Shown here: positions 25,293 through 28,705 of the stretch, in pieces
Position numbering within the stretch: position 1 is the first letter of the stretch
Layout: the number at the start of each line of letters is the position of its first letter
NCBI GenBank assembly: GCA_964434515.1
Contig: CAYSWE010000001.1
Location: forward strand, 1 to 28,705
Direction of reading: 5' to 3'
Origin: an uncultured Phycisphaerales bacterium
GTDB lineage: Bacteria > Planctomycetota > UBA1135 > GCA-002748355
Length of the DNA stretch: 28,705 nt
Made by a program: the position numbers and the translations under genes
Notes under the pieces: model-generated
What the model was told of the DNA's origin: nothing
Seen by the model: only the letters and a program-made list of their open reading frames with translations
The model's database searches: none

Positions 25293-25306
25293 GACTCTTC
25301 CAGGCT

Positions 25307-25861
25307 TCAGCGCACGCGGAAGCGGGTCGCGACGGCGTGGACGCGGTTTTCGTAGCGGTAGCGCCAGTGGGCGGTGACGCGCACCAAGTGATGGAGCTGG
25401 ACGCTGGTGTTCACCGGGAAACGGGAGACCAGAATCGCGCTCGTGCCGGGATCGACGCGTTCGTTGGCCGGTCCGAACTCTTCCGTCGCCGGGTCCCAGG
25501 CTTGCGCGCGTTCGAAGGTAAAGCGCCGCCCGATGTCGTCCTCGATCCAGGTCTTGGCGAGCGCCAGGTCGACCGGGGCACGGCTTGTGTTGGTCACGTG
25601 CATCGTGACCTGCCAGGCGCGGTCCCCGGCTTCGCTCATCGGGTCTTCGACGAAGCTGGCCTGCACGTCGAAGCGGAGTCCGCGTGGGTGCACCATGGCG
25701 CGGGCGTGGCCCACGCTCGCAAGGCCGGGTCGATCGACCAGGTCCGGGAGCGTCTGCAGGGGCGTCTCGGTGGTGGTGGAGCAGCCGGCGAGGGCAAGTA
25801 GGAGCCCCGCGAAGAGGACGCGGGCGCCATGAGGAGAGGTTCCCTGGTTGGATGCGTGCAC
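25307..25861 (-). CDS. Putative lipoprotein of unknown function (beta-rich, Ig-like pattern)
   Basis: Canonical lipobox LLLALAG-C, followed by alternating beta-strand patterns (VTMHVTNTS.APVDL; V.PG.SAIL..RF). Convergent with smc. Confidence 0.72.
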   Translation of the reverse strand: MHASNQGTSPHGARVLFAGLLLALAGCSTTTETPLQTLPDLVDRPGLASVGHARAMVHPRGLRFDVQASFVEDPMSEAGDRAWQVTMHVTNTSRAPVDLALAKTWIEDDIGRRFTFERAQAWDPATEEFGPANERVDPGTSAILVSRFPVNTSVQLHHLVRVTAHWRYRYENRVHAVATRFRVR

Positions 25862-25942
25862 CGGCGTATCGTCGGGCGGTGATGGACCTTGGTCCAGGGC
25901 GCGACGGAGCTTTTTGGACGGGTCGCCGTTATCCTCGCCAAG

Positions 25943-27583
25943 ATGAATCGTCGTACGTCGAGTGTGTCGCTGGCGCTGGCCGCGGCCCTAGTCCTTTTCG
26001 CCATTCAAGGCAACAGCCAAGCCAAGCGCCAAGGCCAGAGTAAGACGGCGCAGGAGATTTTGGCGGGGCTTCCGAAGGCGATGCAGTCGATTACGGCCGT
26101 CGACCTCGAGGCGCACGCCAAGACGATTACGGCCGACGACTATGCCGGCCGGTTGACGGCGACCGAGGGGCAGCTGAAGGCGGCGAAGTATTTCGTCGAG
26201 CACTTCAAGAAGCTCGGCCTCGAGCCGCTTGGGGACACGGCGGCGGGTGAGCGCACCTTCTATCAGCATTGGCCGGTCGTGTTCGAGAAGCTTGTCGCGG
26301 CGGACACTGGGCTCTTCGCACCCAAGGGCAACAAGGTCCACAAGAGTGGCGCGTGGTTCCTGCCGCGCAAGATCAAGAAAAAGACCGTGTTCCGCGGCAA
26401 GCTCCTGTTCGCCGGCAGCAGCGGGATCGAAGACCTGGACCTTGCTGGAACGATCCCCGTGGTCCACTGGGCGCCGATCGGCGCGTCGGGGCGACGCGGC
26501 GTGATGGGCGCGATCAGCTCGGGTATGCGGCTGATCGGCAAGGTTGCGAGTTACGCCAAGAAGGCCAAGCGGGCCGGTGCCAAGGCGTGTGTTCTCGTCA
26601 CGAAGTCGATGCCCGTAGCGTTTGTTTCGGCTACGAACATGTTCACGCGATACCCGGGCAAGCCGCTGCTGACGCGGCCTGGTTCCGGTCGCAATCGGAT
26701 GGCAGGCTTGGTCCCGCGTGTTCCGATCCCGACGCTCGTGCTCAGCGGCAAGGATGCAGCGGCCGTGCTCGGTTGGATCGGGCTCAACGAAGAGCTTGCT
26801 TACACAGAGGAAGACGACCTGGCTGTGGGCAAGCGCTCGACGCGGCGATTCCGACTGTTGGTCAAGCCGACGACCGAGAAGGGGCAGGCCGTCAACGTGT
26901 GTGCCGTGCTGCGCGGGCGGGATCCGGACCTTCGGTCGCAGGCCGTGATCTATTCCTGTCACATGGATCACCTCGGTTTGGCGCCAGACGGCGGTGTGTT
27001 CAACGGCGCCGATGACAATGGTTCGGGGTGTTCGACTGTTCTTGAGATCGCGCAGGCCTACGCAATGCTCAAAGGTGACGATCGGCCACGTCGCAGCATC
27101 ATCTTTCTCGCGGTCGCGGGTGAGGAGTTGGGGCTGTGGGGATCGGCCTACTACGCGAAACATCCGACTTGGCCGGCCCAGCAGATCATCGCCGACGTGA
27201 ACATGGACATGCTCGGGCGCAGCACGGAGCGGGTTCCACCCGACACCGTGGCGTTGACTCCGACCTATCGTCACACCAACTACTCCACGCTGGCTCGTGA
27301 CGCGGCGTTCCTGGGGGAGGGCCTGGGGCTCAAGATGGGCAACGGCGATCGCTTCTATGCGCGCAGCGACCACATCAACTTTGCGCGCAAGGGGATTCCG
27401 GTCGTGTTCTTCTGCGACGACGAGCACGCGGACTATCACATGCCGACGGACACCGCCGACAAGCTTGAGTTCGGCAAGATCGAACGCATCGCGCGGCTCG
27501 CGTTCGCTGTCGGCCTGCGGGCGGCCAATGCCGCATCGCGACCCAAGGAACTCGGCAAGCGCAGCGGCTGGTTTGCCCGATAA
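25943..27583 (+). CDS. Secreted M28 family metallopeptidase (aminopeptidase) with a PA-like insert; 546 aa
   Basis: HMDHLG, NGADDNGSG, GEELGLWGS, NMDMLGR, RSDH..F...GIP and DYH.PTDT motifs. Signal peptide from ATG 25943. Confidence 0.92.
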   Translation: MNRRTSSVSLALAAALVLFAIQGNSQAKRQGQSKTAQEILAGLPKAMQSITAVDLEAHAKTITADDYAGRLTATEGQLKAAKYFVEHFKKLGLEPLGDTAAGERTFYQHWPVVFEKLVAADTGLFAPKGNKVHKSGAWFLPRKIKKKTVFRGKLLFAGSSGIEDLDLAGTIPVVHWAPIGASGRRGVMGAISSGMRLIGKVASYAKKAKRAGAKACVLVTKSMPVAFVSATNMFTRYPGKPLLTRPGSGRNRMAGLVPRVPIPTLVLSGKDAAAVLGWIGLNEELAYTEEDDLAVGKRSTRRFRLLVKPTTEKGQAVNVCAVLRGRDPDLRSQAVIYSCHMDHLGLAPDGGVFNGADDNGSGCSTVLEIAQAYAMLKGDDRPRRSIIFLAVAGEELGLWGSAYYAKHPTWPAQQIIADVNMDMLGRSTERVPPDTVALTPTYRHTNYSTLARDAAFLGEGLGLKMGNGDRFYARSDHINFARKGIPVVFFCDDEHADYHMPTDTADKLEFGKIERIARLAFAVGLRAANAASRPKELGKRSGWFAR

Positions 27584-27592
27584 TCGTCTACT

Positions 27593-27608
27593 CAGGCCGC
27601 GCGGCCTG
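27593..27608. other. Perfect 16-bp palindrome/hairpin between the M28 peptidase gene and fbp
   Basis: CAGGCCGCGCGGCCTG is its own reverse complement. No U-tract follows. Confidence 0.35.
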
Positions 27609-27663
27609 GCGACCGAAGAGTCCTCCGTCCAACCTCTCGTCTTTTCCCCTACACGACTTTGCA

Positions 27664-28659
27664 ATGAGCACCCCGACTCTTATCGAGCACCTTCATAGCT
27701 CGGAACAGCTTCATCCAGGCGCCACCGGCGAACTCTCGCACATCCTGGCTCGGCTCAGTCTCGCTGGACGCATGATCGCGCAGCGCCTGCTCAATGCGGG
27801 TTTCCTTGGCGAGCACGGCGAGACCGGCGTGATCAACGTCCAAGGCGAGCGCGTGCAAAAGCTCGACGAACTCGCCGATAGCATCTTTGTGCGGTTGTTC
27901 GAAAGCGATCCAGGTGTCTGTGCTCTCGCCTCCGAGGAGCGCTCGAAGATTCACGCCTACGACAACGAGGAGTCCAGGCGCGCGAAGTACCTGATTCTCT
28001 ATGATCCTCTCGATGGGTCCGGCAACATCGATATCAATGGCAGCCTGGGGACCATCTTCTCGGTGCATGCCAGGCGGGACCTCGCCACGACTGTCAGCGA
28101 GCAGGACTTTCTGCAGCCTGGGCGTTCGCAGATTGCCGCTGGCTACATTCTGTACGGTCCTGCGACCGTGTTCGTCTACACCGTCGACGAAGTGAGCGGG
28201 GTCAACGGATTCACGCTCGATCGTTCGATCGGCGAGTTCTTCCTTACGCACCCGCACGTGGCCATGCCCGAGGGTGGCGGCGCTTACAGCGTGAACGAGT
28301 CCAACGAGCCCAAGTGGGATGACAAGGTCAAGGAACTGGTCGCGTCGTATCGCCAGGGCCGTGCACCGGTCGGTAAGCGCGCCGCACGCTACACCGGCGC
28401 GCTCGTGGCGGACTTCCACCGGACGCTCCTGCAAGGGGGGATCTTCCTCTACCCGGGGCTCAGCGACCGTCCGCGGGGCAAGCTCCGCTACCTGTATGAG
28501 GCCTCGCCGCTTGCGCTGATTGCCGAGCGAGCTGGTGGGGCTGCCACGGATGGTTCCCAGCGCGCGCTCGACCTGGAACCTACCGAACTGCACGAGCGCT
28601 GCCCGCTGTTCATCGGCAGCAAGGCCGACGTCGAATACGCCGGTTCGTGCCTGGCCTAG
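27664..28659 (+). CDS. fbp: Fructose-1,6-bisphosphatase class 1
   Basis: NVQGE.VQKLD, ASEE, DPLDGSGNID.N.S.GTIFS, FTLD...GEF.LT, RYTGALVADFHRTLL.GGIFLYP and GKLRYLYEA.PLA.IAE.AGG. Confidence 0.97.
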   Translation: MSTPTLIEHLHSSEQLHPGATGELSHILARLSLAGRMIAQRLLNAGFLGEHGETGVINVQGERVQKLDELADSIFVRLFESDPGVCALASEERSKIHAYDNEESRRAKYLILYDPLDGSGNIDINGSLGTIFSVHARRDLATTVSEQDFLQPGRSQIAAGYILYGPATVFVYTVDEVSGVNGFTLDRSIGEFFLTHPHVAMPEGGGAYSVNESNEPKWDDKVKELVASYRQGRAPVGKRAARYTGALVADFHRTLLQGGIFLYPGLSDRPRGKLRYLYEASPLALIAERAGGAATDGSQRALDLEPTELHERCPLFIGSKADVEYAGSCLA

Positions 28660-28705
28660 AAACGCGGCCGAAAACCCGGCATGGCTGCGACGCCCGCTAG
28701 CACGC

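Noticed and set aside
27593-27608. Palindrome as an intrinsic terminator or REP element
   Set aside because: It has no U-tract and I saw no second copy in the window. It is kept only as a low-confidence structural feature.
16542-28593. Long minus-strand ORFs 16542..18383, 22584..25196 (870 aa), 25988..27664 and 27649..28593
   Set aside because: They are shadow frames of the anti-sigma, smc, M28 peptidase and fbp genes.
1-28705. Genome-wide UGA reassignment (genetic code 4 or 25) as the explanation for the in-frame TGAs
   Set aside because: TGA is the natural stop of several intact genes here (S8 6538, GT-C 9203, DUF444 10480, spoVR 12003, sigma 16650, nrdR 21393), including TGATG/ATGA coupling overlaps, and Trp uses TGG. 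The read-through is therefore site-specific.

Overview
GC-rich bacterial DNA, densely coding. The gene style suggests Planctomycetota; this is inference and cannot be confirmed here. Core genes: ECF sigma/anti-sigma pair, mnmE, nrdR, smc, M28 peptidase, class 1 fbp and a DUF444-SpoVR pair. Accessory envelope genes: S8 protease, AftB-like GT-C protein, beta-helix protein, lipoproteins and small membrane proteins. The main result is two candidate selenoprotein genes that the ORF track splits or misses. (1) 2365..3624 (-): an exported thioredoxin-like protein of 419 aa with an in-frame UGA in a C-V-U-N-N-G motif. (2) 14889..15095 (-): a 68-aa two-helix membrane protein starting M-L-U. Each UGA is followed by a hairpin with the same C(GGUC)G apex, as expected of a bacterial SECIS. 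Other oddities: a GmhB-like HAD protein lacking catalytic residues, a C-terminal domain shared by two unrelated secreted proteins, in-frame tandem repeats, and insertions in SMC. No rRNA, tRNA, CRISPR array or mobile element was recognised. No sel machinery genes (selABCD) are in this window.
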